Assembly: GCA_977017645.1 (NCBI GenBank)
Contig: OZ360223.1
Span: 233,678,001-233,742,000, forward strand
Direction of reading: 5' to 3'
Source of the DNA: Torpedo marmorata
Lineage: Eukaryota
DNA: 64,000 bases
Shown: piece after piece, positions 47,136-59,623 of the stretch
Numbering within the stretch: the first letter of the stretch is position 1
How the letters are laid out: each line of letters begins with the position of its first letter
The notes under the pieces: generated by a model
Database searches by the model: none
What the model saw: the letters and a program-made list of their open reading frames with translations, nothing else
Told to the model about the DNA's origin: nothing
Translations under genes and position numbers: made by a program

Positions 47136-49109
47136 TAGAGATAATATAACTTCAAATCATGAAAAATCATAAACTCTGATAATAGTCGATAAAAGAACCC
47201 CAAATATTAGTACATTTTAGGTTTAATTTAATATTTGAACATCTAATTTTTTCTAATGTTAAATAGGACATTAAACTTGATAGCCAATCTTCATAGATAG
47301 GAGGATTACCATCCTTCCATTTTAGCAAGATCTGTCGCCTTGCAACCAGAGAAGAAAAAGCAATCACATGTTTTTGATTATTAGTAAGATCATGATTACT
47401 AGGATCATTTATACCAAATATTGCTATAAATGGATTTGGATCTAATTGAGTAGCTAAAACCAAAGAAAGAGTACAAAAATTTTTGTTCCAAAATCTAACT
47501 AACTTAGGGCATAACCAAACTTGTTAGAGTTCTTTGAGGACATAATGGGTGTGGTAGATAGAGGGGAACAGGTTGATGTTGTATATTTGGATTTCCAGAA
47601 AGCGTTTGATAACGTGCCGCACAAGAGACTTATCAGTAATTTACAGGTGAATGGAGTCCAGGGAAATATATTGGCATGGATTGAGGATTGGTTGTCTGAC
47701 AGGAGGCAGAGAGTCGGGATAAATGGGTGTTTTTTCTGATTGGCAGACAGTGGTAAGTGGGGTGCTGCAGGGGTCGGTGCTGGGCCCACAACTGTTCATC
47801 ATTTACATTGGTGATTTGGAGGAGGGGACAAAATGTGGTGTCGCCAAGTTTGCGGATGATACTAAATTGAGTGAAAGAGCAAATTGTACTGAGGATGTGG
47901 AGAGGCTGCAGAGGGATATAGTTAAGTTAGGTGAGTGGGCAAAGGTCTGGCAGATGGAGTACAATGTTAGTAAGTGCGAGGTTATCCACTTTGGCAAGAA
48001 AAATATTTAAATGGTGAAAAACTGCAGCATGCTGTTGTGCAGAAGGACTTGGGAGTGCTTGTGCACGAATCGCAAAAAGTTGGGTTACAGGTGCAGCAGG
48101 TTATTAAGAAGACAAATGGAATGTTGGCCTTCATCGCTAGAGGAACTGAATTCAGGAGCAAGGAGGTAATGTTGTAACTGTACAAGGTACAAGGTACTGG
48201 TGAGACCGCATCTAGAGTACTGTGTGCAGTTCTGGTCTCCATATTTGAGGAAGGATATACTGACCTTGGAGGCAGGTGAGATGAAGGGGTTGACTGATGA
48301 TCATCTGGGATTATACTTGCTCGAGTTCAGAAGAATGAGAGGAGATCTTATAGAAACATATAGAATTATGAAGGGGATGGATAGGATAGAGGTAGGAAGG
48401 TTTTTTTCACTGGCGGGTGAGACCAAAACTAGGGGACACAGCCTCAAGATTCGGGGAAGTAGATTTAGGACAGAGATGAGGAAAAACAGTTTTTCCCAAA
48501 GAGTGGTGAATTTGTGGAATTCTCTACCCAGGGAAGCGGTTGAGGCTGCTTCATCGAACATATTTAAGGTTCAGTTGGATAGATTTTTACATAAAAAAGG
48601 AATTAGGGGATAAGGGGAAAGGGCAGGTAGGTGGAGTTAGGTCATTGATCAGATCAGCCATGATCTTATTGAATGGCGGAGCAGGCTCGATGGGCCGGTT
48701 GGCCTACTCCTGTTCCTAATTTCTTATGTTCTTATGTAACATGTGAAATAATGTACCTTCATGAACATTACATCTATCATATATAGATGATATATTATCT
48801 CTACAGGTCAGTGCAATTCTGGGGTGGGGGTAGGTGGTAGGCTAGTTTAGATTTTATAAAAAAATGTATCACAATGAAATTACTATATTATCTTTTTTTT
48901 GTGGCTTGGTTCTTTTTATACCTATTGGTATAATAATACTAAATTGTAAAGAAAAAAATTAATATATATCTGTAAAGTATACTCTGTTATGGATGGATTA
49001 ATGGAACATGTGATAATGCTTTTCTTTGTTTTTTCTCTGTAAACGTATATAGTGAATGAACTGTTATATCCATGATTTTATGGAATTAATAGAGAGATTT
49101 AAAAAAGAA
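47136..49109 (+). mobile_element. L1-C: short L1 with inverted 5' segment (47136-48790) and forward 3' UTR/A-tail (48791-49109)
   Basis: 14-bp TSD AAGAAGTTATACTG at 47122-47135 and 49110-49123. 16-bp inverted overlap at 47133-47148 and 48791-48806. Confidence 0.85.
47521..48737 (+). mobile_element. CR1 LINE 3' part inserted in L1-C
   Basis: DFQKAFD and FADD motifs, (TTCTTATG)n tail. Host frame GTLFHMF|WLCPKL is split at this point. Confidence 0.9.
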
Positions 49110-51831
49110 AAGAAGTTATACTGGATCAGTCTGTATCTGGCATTAATAACCGCCGTCATACTATGCCTACACCAGTCTGACCAGCAACGTTCGTGAATTG
49201 TTGTACCCAGGTCCGACTCCCACCTCTCCCTCGATCTATCTATGCCTGGTTTAGGGCTTTCACTCTGTAAAACAAAGTACATTCTGGATGTAAATTTGAG
49301 TGAGTTTCCCAGTCGATGTTTCTGCTCCACCTCGTTGCTAATAGGTGGGGTCATTGTAGGGCCCCACCTTTTTCGCAAAAAGGATCTTAATTGGAGAAAA
49401 CAGTAAAAGTTTCTATTAGACAAATCATATTTATCTCTAAGTTGTTCAAAGGACTTGAGTTTTCCATTGTGATAGCAATCCTCAATATAACGAATCCCAT
49501 TTTGGTACCAATTTTCCCATATTTTGTTGCCCAGATTCATGGGTATAAGTTTGTTTTGAAACAGAGGTGTATTGGGAGATATTCCAACTTTTTCTCCAAT
49601 ACAGTCGTTAAGTTCTTGCCAGATTTTAACCATATGCTTCAGAATGGGATTATCCGTTCTTTTGGATATTAGCTTGGTATTCCATTTGTGAACAAAATCT
49701 TCAGCTATTTTCTCCCCTATAGCGTTCAGTCCAATTTGGACCCATGGAGGGGTATCACCCTCTTCAAAAAAAGTTAGAAGAAACCTCGACTGGGCTGCTA
49801 AATAGTATTTCTTAAAATCTGGTAATCGTAAATCCCCAGTTTATAATCCCACGTCATCTTTTCCATGGAGATTCTAGAAACTTTGCCATTCCAAATAAAC
49901 TGTCTTACACATCCATTGAGTGTTTTAAAAAAGGTTTGCGGCAAAGGTATAGGTAAAGATTGAAAGAGATATTGGAGTTTCGGCATCACCACCATTTTGA
50001 TACAGTTTACCCTGCCCACTAATGTGATGGGCAGGCTTCTCCATCTAAGTAAATCATCCTTGATCTTTCCAAGCATCGAGAGGTAGTTAAGTTTGTACAA
50101 ATTCTGTAAATTATTGTCAATCATTATTCCTAAATATTTCATACCTTCTAGTTGCCATTTAAAGCAACTCCCCTGTTGATATTTCCTATGGTCAAATTTC
50201 TTAAGTGACATAATTTCACTTTTGTCTATATTTATTTTGTATCTTGAAATCATTTCATAATCCTCCAGTGTAGTCTGCAATTTGGTCAAAGACTCAGCCG
50301 GGTCTATTAGATTTAACAATACATCATCTGCAAACAGGTTAATCTTGTGTTCCACCTGATCCACCTTGAAACCCTTTATTTCTGGATCCCTCCTGATAGT
50401 TTCCCCCAAAGGTTCGATTGCTAGCACAAAAAGCCCTGGAGACAGTGGACAACTCTGTCTGCTAATGAAAATGTCGACGATATTTGCCCATTTGTTATAA
50501 TTTTGGCCCGGGGTTTATGATAAAGTGTTTTTAACCCATTGAACAAATAATTGTCCAAGTCCAAACTTTTCGAGTACTTTAAATAAAAAAGGCCATTCCA
50601 ACCTATCGAAAGCTTTTTCTGCATCTAAAGACACGGCTATGCTTGGGTCTATTTTGGATTGTGCCAAATGTATTATACAAAGTAGTCTACCCAAGTTATT
50701 GGCAGAGTGTCTCCTCTTCACAAACCCAACTTGGTCTGAATTTATCAATTTTGGTAAATATTGACCTAGTCTGTTAGCCAATGCTTTGGCTATTATCTTA
50801 TAATCAGCATTTAGTAATGAAATAGGTCTATATGAGGACAGCTTTAGTGGGTCTCTATTTTTCTTAGGTATAACTGTAATGATAGCTGTTGAAAAGGATT
50901 TTGGGAGAGTCTGTGTTTCTGCCGCCCGATTGACCACATCCATAATAAGAGGCAGCAACAAATCTTTAAATTCTTTGTAGAATTCGGGCGGGAAACCATC
51001 ATCCCCCGGTGATTTATTAGTTTGTAATGTACTCAAGGCTTTTTTGATCTCCTCACTAGAGAAAGGGGAATTCAATTTCGCCTGATCGTCTTGGTCCAAT
51101 CTGGGCAAATCGACCTTGGACAAAAAATCATCTATCTTAGATAAATCTTGAGGTAACTCTGATTTGTATAATTCTGTGTAGAACTCTCTGTCATTTATCT
51201 CTCTCGGGTTATGTGTTATTTAATCTGGCCCTGATTCAATTGCATTAATTATCCTGGATGTCTCTTCTGCTTTCAATTGCCAAGCCAGGACCTTATGGGC
51301 TCTTTCGCCCAGTTCATTATTCTTTTGCTTGGTTCTCAAAATGGTTTTCTCTACCTGATACGTCTGCAAAGTATTGTATTTAAGTTTTTTGTTTACCAGA
51401 GTTTGGTATTTTTCCTTTGAGCCGGATTGTTGATATTCCTTTTCCAATTCCAGGATTTCTCGTTCTAGATCATTTACTTCCGCCAAATATTTCTTTTTAA
51501 CATTTTTGGTGTATGAAATTATTTGCCCCCTCAAATAAGCCTTCAAAGTATCCCGTATTAAGAAACTATTATTAGTGGAGGGGCAATTTGTCTCACAGAA
51601 CAAATTTATCTGACCCCTTATAAAGTTACAAATGTCTGTCCTTTTCAACAGCGTAGGATTATACATTTGCCTGTTTTTCTGGCATTACTATAGATAAGAT
51701 CAAAGGTGCATGATCTGATAATAGTCTAGCTAGGTATTCCGATTCGATCACTCTGCCTTCCAACTGTGCCGACATTAAAAAGTAGTCAATTCTGGTCAAT
51801 CATGGGGTTTGGAATATAAGGAGTAATCTCT

Positions 51832-53115
51832 GGATTTGTGAGCGGAAGGTCCTGTTTGACCAATCTGATTGAATTTTTTGAAGAGGTGACTAGGAATGTG
51901 GATGAGGGTAGCGTGGTGGATGTTGTCTATATGGACTTCAGTAAGGCCTTCGATAAGGTTCCGCATGGAAGGTTAGTTAGGAAGGTGCAGTCTTTAGGTA
52001 TAAATTCTGAGATAGTCAAATGGATTGAACATTGGCTGGAAGGGAGAGGCCAGAGAGTGGTAGTGGATAATTGTCTGTCAGGTTGGAGGCCGGTGACCAG
52101 CGGTGTGCCTCAGGGATCTGTATTGGGCCCATTGTTGTTCGTTATATATATCAATGATCTAGATGATGGGGTGGTAAACTGGATTAGTAAATATGCAGAT
52201 GATACTAAGATAGGTGGAATAGTGGATAATGAAGAAGGTTTTCAAGGATTGCAGAGGGATTTGGGCTGCTTAGAAAAGTGGGCTGAAAAATGGCAGATGG
52301 AGTTTAATGCTGATAAGTGTGAGGTGCTTCATTTTGGTAAGAAGAATCAGAACAGGACATATGTAGTAAATGGGAGAGCATTGATGAATACAGAAGAGCA
52401 GAAAGATTTAGGAATAACGGTGCATCGTTCCCTGAAGGTGGAAACTCATGTGAATAGGGTGGTGAAGAAGGCTTTTAGTATGCTGGCCTTTATCAATCAT
52501 TGCATAGAATATAGGAGTTGGGAAGTGATGTTGAGATTATATAAGGCTTTGGTGCGGCCTAATTTAGAGTTCTGTGTGCAGTTCTGGTCGCCAAATTATA
52601 GGAAGGATATCAACAAGGTGGAGAGAGTGCAGAGAAGGTTTACCAGAATGTTACCTGGGTTTAAGAATCTAGAGTACAAGGAGAGATTGAGCATATTAGG
52701 TCTTTATTCTTTGGAGCATAGAAGGTTGAGAGGGGATTTGATAGAGGTATTTAAAATTATGAAATGGATAGACAGAGTGGATGTGGATAGACTATTTCCA
52801 TTAAGAATAGGAGAGATTGAAACAAGAGGACATGAGCTAAGAGTTAAGGGGCAGAGGTTTAGAGGTAACATGAGGGGGAACTTCTTTACTCAGAGAGTGG
52901 TAGCGGTGTGGAATGAGCTTCCGGGAGAAGTAGTGGCGGCAGAGTCAATTTTATTATTTAAGAAAAAGTTGGACAAGTATATGGATGAGAAGGAAGTGGA
53001 GGGTTATGGGCAGGGTGCAGGTAGGTGGGACTAGATAGGAATGTTTGGTTCGGTGCGGACTGGAAGAGCCTAATGGCCTGTTTCCGTGCTGTAATTGTTA
53101 TATGGTTATATGGTT
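51832..53115 (+). mobile_element. Young CR1 3' part inserted in the L1-B endonuclease region
   Basis: Uninterrupted 398-aa RT ORF and (TTATATGG)n tail. Same family as 23462-26158. Confidence 0.93.
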
Positions 53116-56100
53116 GTGGGTACAACCGTCTCCATGCATCTATTAGATTTAAATCTTTCATGAAGGCCATGGTGGTTCTGGCCGCCCTGGCCTTCGTTAC
53201 TGTCTTTGCAGACTTATCTAGGACAGGATGAAGACAAAAATTAAAATCCCCTCCTATTAACACATTCTGTCTCCCCCCTGACACCTTCAGAAATATATCT
53301 TGCATAAAAGTCTCATCATCAAAATTTGGTGCGTAGAGGTTCAGAAGTGTCCAGGGTTCTGAGTAAATTTGACAATGTATCATCACAAATCTCCCAGCTG
53401 AGTCAATAACCGTATCCTCCACTGCCACTGGAACCTTTTTATTTATTAAAATAGCCACACCCCTCGTCTTGGAATTAAAAGAAGACGCGATCACCTGTCC
53501 CACCCAATCCCTTTTCAATTTGATATGGTCCTTATTCGTAAGGTGAGTTTCCTGTAGAAAAACTATATCCGCTTGCATATTTATTTATTTTTTTTTTTTT
53601 TTAAAGGTGTGCCAGAACTCTTTTTCTTTTTATGGGCCCATTTAATCCATTGACATTAAAACTAATAAATTTTATGGTCTTATTCATTGTAGTATTTCCA
53701 CATTGATATATTACTTTCATAACCCCTTTGTACATTTCTTCCCCGGTGTGCGTTCTTCATTACAAAATGACCCGTATGTTTCCCCTGCACTGACGGTGAC
53801 GTAAACATAAAACCCCAAAAGCCCGCGAAAAAAGGCTGCGGGACAAAAAGAAAAACCCTCCCCTTTGCTTCAGCGCCATCTTGCAAAATACCTCGTCCCC
53901 TGGCGCCATCAACCCCCTTAAACTGAGGTACAGTTCATGCCCGTTCTACCATAGCTTCCCAGCCATTCCCGGGCTCCCCTTATTATATTATATAATATTC
54001 TTATTTAAATAAAAAAGATGAGCCTAGGCAAACCCAACATTCTCGCAATTTAATATTTAAAATTCAGCTCGCAATCCCTCTTTTACCCAACGTCTCAGTA
54101 TAGTTCTTTAACCGTCTTCAATCTTCACTTCTTCTCCTCCCCTTCCGATCTTAGGATCTCTCCCGGAGACCCCGAATGAAATCCTCTGCCTCCCAAGGTG
54201 TGTTGAGGAACTTTCTCTCGCCCTCCGGCAATTCCAGCCTCAGCGTCGCAGGATAGAGCATTGCATACGAAATGTTCTTTATCCTCAGCTGCCACTTCAT
54301 CACATCATACTCCTTCCGACGTCTCACCAAGGCCACACTCAGGTCCTGAAAGGAAAGAATCTTGACGCCGTCGAGCTCGACGGGCCCGCCCGTTTCTTTA
54401 GCGCATGCCGCAGCCACACGCAGAATATCCTCCCCGTCCCGGTACCTCAGCTGGCGTACCAGCACCGGTCGCGGTTGCTGATCGGGCGATCTCCGATGGC
54501 CGAGGGTCCGGTGGGCTCTCTCCACCATCAGGGGTCTTGCAAAACGTTCTTGTCCCAGAACGTCTGGGATCCATTTCTCAAAGAATCCCACCGGGTCTCT
54601 TCCCTCGGTCCCTTCCTTCAGTCCGATTACTCTGACATTATTTCTTCTGCTGAAGTTCTCCATGTGGTCGAATTTGTCGAGGATCTCCTTTTTTTCCCTC
54701 TGCCAGGCATCGTTATCATTTTCTAAGCTTCCCAGCCAGGTTTGTATTGCCTACGATGTCTGCTCCACCTTCTCCACACGAGAGGTCAAAATGGTCATTG
54801 AGCTTTTAAGCTCTTTAATTGCATCGAGCACAAGACAAGTCTCCACTCTTCTAAATCTGCTGGCCAAGTTTCCGACAACCTCCGCTATATCTGGGGGTGA
54901 GTGTATCAACTCCCCATTTGTCTTCTTCTTGGCCAGCGTCATTGCAGAGGCTTGCACTTCACTGCTCCCGTGTGGATTTTCAATTGACGAATCTGTTGAA
55001 CTGGGAGATCCTCCTGTCGCCAAAAGTTGAGATTTATTTTTCTTTACCATTATATTAGCCTTTTTTTGCTTTAAATCAATGAGTTGGGTGCTTTAACTCA
55101 AATTTAAACGGAGAGCCCAAGAATCCACGTCCTCCCAGCTGCTCCGCATCACGTGGCCCCGATCTTTATTCTTTTTAGGAATAAGAGAGATTGAAGCTTC
55201 ATAAAAAGTATCCGGTAATTTCCCAGCAGCCAAGGAGTCAGAAAGAACCGAATCCAAATGAGGTATCAATAAATGGGAAAAAGTCTTATAAAACTCTGCT
55301 GGGAAACCATCGGGACCGGGAACTTTGCCGGACTGCAAAGATGCAAAGAGTTAATTGTTGCAGCAATCTCCTCAAAAGAAATAGGCTTCTCCAACAGTAA
55401 CTGCTTCTCTGAAGATAGTGAAGGAATATTTAAATTATCCAAAAATTTCACTACAGAAGCTGAATCTTTAATCGATTCAGTACTACAGAGCTTAGAATAA
55501 TATTGACAAAAAGCTTCATTTATCTCAACATGATCAGTAGTAGTCACTCCATCATCTTTACGGATCTCTGTAATAAGCCGTTTAGCTGTATAGTTTTTAA
55601 TTTGGCTGGCTAAAAGGTTCCCAGCCTTATCTCCATGTATGTAGAATTTAGATTTACTTTTTAAAAGTTGGGTCTGTATAGGGTAAGTAAGAAGCAAATC
55701 ATGTCTAGTTTTGAGTTTGACCCTTTTTTTTTTTTAAAAAAAAAACCTCAGGTTTTGGCATATTAAGGCATATTGTTGATCAATACATTTCAACTGGTTG
55801 GCCAGTTCATCTCTCTCTGAATTGGCACTCTTTCTTACTTTAGCCATAAAAGAGATTATTTGACCTCTAATGTATGCTTTAAAGGAATCCCAGATTACCA
55901 AACCAGAGAGGAGGAATTTTTATTAAAAAAAAGGCAATTTGATCTTTCATAAATTTCAAAAAATCAGGATCAGACAATGAGATTCAAACGCCATTGCTTC
56001 GTGGTTCTAGGTAAGTCTAGGATATTAATAGATAAAACCAGTGGAGAATGATCTGAAATTATTATACTCTCATATTAACAAGAGTCAACAAGTGGAATTA

Positions 56101-56918
56101 ATTGTTGGTCTGCAAGGAAATGATCAATCCGTGAGTAAGTATGATGTACATTAGAAAAAAAAGAAAATTCTTTATCATTAGGATGGAGAAATCTCCAAAC
56201 ATCTATAATACCAGACTGCAACATAAATGAGTTAGTAAGTATAGCGGACTTATTTAAAGTAACAGTTTTGGGAGATGAACGGTCAAGCACAGGGTCTAGC
56301 CAACAGTTTAAATCGCCTCCTACAATCAAAGAATACAAATTTAAATCCGGTAAAAGAGAGAAGAGACGTTCGAAAAAATTGTAATGGAAGAGCCCACATG
56401 ACCAGAGCCTGAACTAGGAGGAATCTGTGCTGGAAAAACTCAGCAGGTCACGCAGTGTCCATAGGAAGTAAAGAGTAACCAACATTTTGGGCCTGGGCCC
56501 TGCGTCAGGGCTGTTTTGTGTCCCTTTGATGAGGACAATGGAAGGCTGGGTACCTGTAATCAAATGGTTTGGTAGGAGCCCAAATACATAGGAAGTGGAT
56601 CCCAGAAGCAAAAAAGTTAGAAATATTCCAACAGAACTTAACTGTTAAACCTGAAGAACAAGAGGGTATTGACATAGTTAATCAGGTTGACCTCTATAAC
56701 CAGCATAATGGGAAAATCAAGGCTTTGTGTTCTGAAAATTATCGCTGAATAAAGTACGATTCACTGTGTTGGAGGCAATGTTCACTTTGGACACTGACAC
56801 AATGATATATTTGGGAATAGTGTCAGGAGTGTTCTTATCCACTTAACTGGACTATTGGTGCTGGCAAAGGAAGGTTACTTTTACCAGTTTACAACCTATT
56901 CATTGGGTATAACGTTAC

Positions 56919-57139
56919 CTTTTTCGCTCTGTTGCCTCATTCTTTCTTTCGCTCTCACTTAGCTCGAGGTGCCTTCTTTTAATTTCTGCCTGCGCTTTTG
57001 AAGCTTTTTCACGTACTTCTTTTTGCAGTGCTGCTTTCCTGAACAACTTGAAGCTTTCACTGGAAGATTTTATCACCGATGTGGGTGCCACTACTTTGCC
57101 CAAACTTGCCCAGGAATTTGCATTCTTGATCTCGACTTT
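56919..57139 (-). CDS. BRDT: BRDT-like exon, [45 protein letters not shown]...EATERK
   Basis: cattag acceptor and AAG|gtaacg donor, 221 nt (phase 0 to 2). IKNxxSWxSLGK...KSS..F..FRKAA..KEV is the conserved BRD4/BRDT C-terminal block and is closer to BRDT. Confidence 0.85.
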
Positions 57140-57567
57140 CTAATGTATTGAAATTAAATATTTTGTGAAATTGAAAGGAAAAAAAGGCAAATATTTTGAT
57201 ATTTTCAATATGCTAATTAATCATTTGTATTCTGAGTCAACAGGACATCTCGTCATGCATTGAAAACAAGAAATAAAATCTGATTAGCAAACACAAGTTA
57301 ACCAAGTTTGCCACCATATGTTAAATGAGAATTTTAAAGAGGTAGTGACCAATTCCAGATGGCAGGAGGACCGGTATGACAGATGTGTCATGTCAAAAGG
57401 GAACTACATCCAATAAATAAAAATTGAGGGAAATTATTAATTTGCAGTCCAGAACAAACGAGCAACTTGTTATCAAAACATAATTCCATACTTAACAGAT
57501 AAAACAGGTAAACTACCGGTATTTTATTTCTGTCTTAAATCAATAATTCTGAAACAAGAGATCCTAC

Positions 57568-57656
57568 CTTCTTTGGGTCAAGTGAGGCTTTCGACTCTGA
57601 CACCAGTTTAAAGTTACTGTTTGTTTTTGTTTCATCGGGATGGACATGCTCCATAT
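57568..57656 (-). CDS. BRDT: BET-family (BRDT-like) internal coding exon, (D)MEHVHPDETKTNSNFKLVSESKASLDPKK
   Basis: tttcag acceptor and AAG|gtagga donor. 89 nt, open frame, ends in phase 0 and joins the next exon in frame. Confidence 0.75.
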
Positions 57657-57777
57657 CTGAAATATTTAAAATATTAAAACTATCATACTAAAATAATAAC
57701 ATGCAATAGACAATCATAATAAAGCAAGCTATATTTGAACATTCATCCGAATCCTTTTTCGATGCCATTGACAAGAG

Positions 57778-59623
57778 CATCCATTCTCAGCGGGGGCTAA
57801 ACCGCCCCCCTGGGGGTCACGGACTGAAATCCTTAGTAAGGGGGGGCCCAATGTGTAGAGGGTAGCATGGAAATTAAACGGATTAAGCATTTTTTGGGGG
57901 AAGGAAAGGGCTTTGCTGTATAGTTGCCAAACAATGCAAGATTTTTTCCAAGGTTGAAGGCATTTGGAGACAACATAGATAAATGTGGAAAATTAACAAT
58001 GTTTTCAGTGTGTTCCTTGCTTTGACATGATTGGTTTTGACTGACATGGAACCAGCTTTGGCTATGAATTGCCTTCCATGTAGTTTTCTGCTTTTGTTCC
58101 ATTGCCTTCAATTCAAGGAAACAAGCATGCAGGCTGAAAGGTTTTGCTCCATATTTCATGTCCGCAAGCACCCTCATTTTGCTTCAAGTTTTTGTGATGA
58201 GTCGTGAACACTGTTCCCTCTAAGCTGTGTGTGTGCGTGCGCACACACGTTTCGCAACCAGCGCACAAAGGAAATTAATGTGCGCAAAAAAGGTTAGTTA
58301 CCTAAAATAATGTAGTAATTAATAATTATACTTATTGAAAATAATCTCTTAGCTAACTGTTTCTGTTAACTAGTTAGTCGGTTTTTCAAATTCCACATCA
58401 CTAATTTACGTCACCTCACCTTTCCTGTTCCGGTTTGTACAACTGCAACACGGCTGCAGCCATGTTTGGCGGACAGTGTTCATATCGTAAAGTTTACGAA
58501 GATCTGTTTCAAATTCTGTAGATAGCTTACTGAGTTTTTATTGAAAAAAATATTGATTCACTATGTCGAATTCAAAAGAAGCGAAGGGCATGAAGCGCAA
58601 AAGAACTGCAAGTTTCAAGTTTACATTTGCACAAGCATTCAGTGTGCACATACTTTTGTCACAGGAAAAAAATTTGCACAACATAAGATTTTTGCGCACA
58701 CTGACTACTAAAAATTAGAGGGAACATTGGTCGTGAATGTATGTCTCCTTCTGCTATCTTTTATTGAAGGTATGCATTATACATTATTTTCCATAAAATT
58801 TATGCCGACTTTTGAGTTAACACTTGTAGGAAGAGCTTTCGTTCTGTAACAGTTAATTTTTGTTACTTTCAGAAATAATCTTACCCGTGAACTCCTTGGC
58901 AAAAAAGTGTCAGCAGTATTCGGTGGAATACTTATCATATGGTTTCATTACGTCTCCACAAAACCCTTCTCTGCCCATAGGTTTGATTTGTTTGAATACA
59001 TTTTCATACAAAAGCATGAGGCCAAGAAAGCTGAAACAACATTTGGAGACCGTATATAAAGAGAAGAAAGACAAACCCTTTGATTACTTTAAAACCCTTG
59101 GAGATAATTTCAGGAGAAGGCCAATGCTCAAACAGATGATTACGGACACATAACAGAAATTAGAAAAGGGTCGTCTTGCTTCATTCAAGATGAGCGAATT
59201 GATTGCTAAAAGAGGAAATGCTCGTAACATCGCTGAGTCACTAATTTTGCCTTCAGTGTCCATAATAATATCTGACGTCATGAATTTAAATGTCATAGAA
59301 ACTATTCAGGCAATTCCTTTGAGTAATTTCAGTTTCTAGAAGAATTGATGAGATGGTAAGGAACATTAAAAAACAATTAGTCATTTCATTACAATCCAAA
59401 AAAAATTCTTTACAATTAGACATATCCACTCTGCAAGAAAATAAAGCTTTTCTTCATGGCTTATGCCAGATTCTGGAATGGAAACAAGCTGATGGAAGAG
59501 ATGTTTTTTTCCACAAAGATTAAAACAGATACTAAGAGACTGACTATTTTCGAATTTAAGAATTACATAAACAAGAACAGTATTCCTTTCAAGAACATAT
59601 TTCCCTGTGCAACTGATGGTGGC
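57778..59623 (+). mobile_element. hAT Buster/Charlie-type transposon, 5' part with decayed transposase
   Basis: Left TIR CATCCATTCTCA. BED-finger remnant QYSVEYLSYGF...P..LIC..F....MRP.KL..HL and catalytic CATDG. Cut by an LTR at 59624. Confidence 0.85.
58209..58729. mobile_element. hAT Tip100-type non-autonomous element
   Basis: TIRs CA(C/A)TGTTCCCTCTAA, perfect 8-bp TSD GTCGTGAA (58201-58208, 58730-58737) and GCGCACA subterminal repeats. Confidence 0.9.

Larger units (their letters stand above)
46488..55160 (-). mobile_element. L1-B: full-length L1 (5' UTR, ORF1 55050-54151, spacer, ORF2 from 53687, poly(A)), disabled and twice interrupted
   Basis: TSD GATCTTTATTCTTTTT at 46472-46487 and 55161-55176. 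ORF1 has ENFSRRNNVRVIG/ERAHR/FQDLS/YPATL. ORF2 has SFNVNGLN, LQETH, FADD. Confidence 0.93.
44001..56385 (-). mobile_element. L1-A: 5'-truncated L1 split into 44001-46487 and 55161-56385
   Basis: EN (GGDLN, YSRIDH, SDH) and RT motifs. The frame ISLIPKKNKD|PSDCSSYRPISLL is continuous across the insertion. Confidence 0.9.

Noticed and set aside
52958-53578. 206-aa ORF with a novel C-terminus
   Set aside because: L1-B endonuclease reading into the antisense strand of the inserted CR1, a chance fusion.
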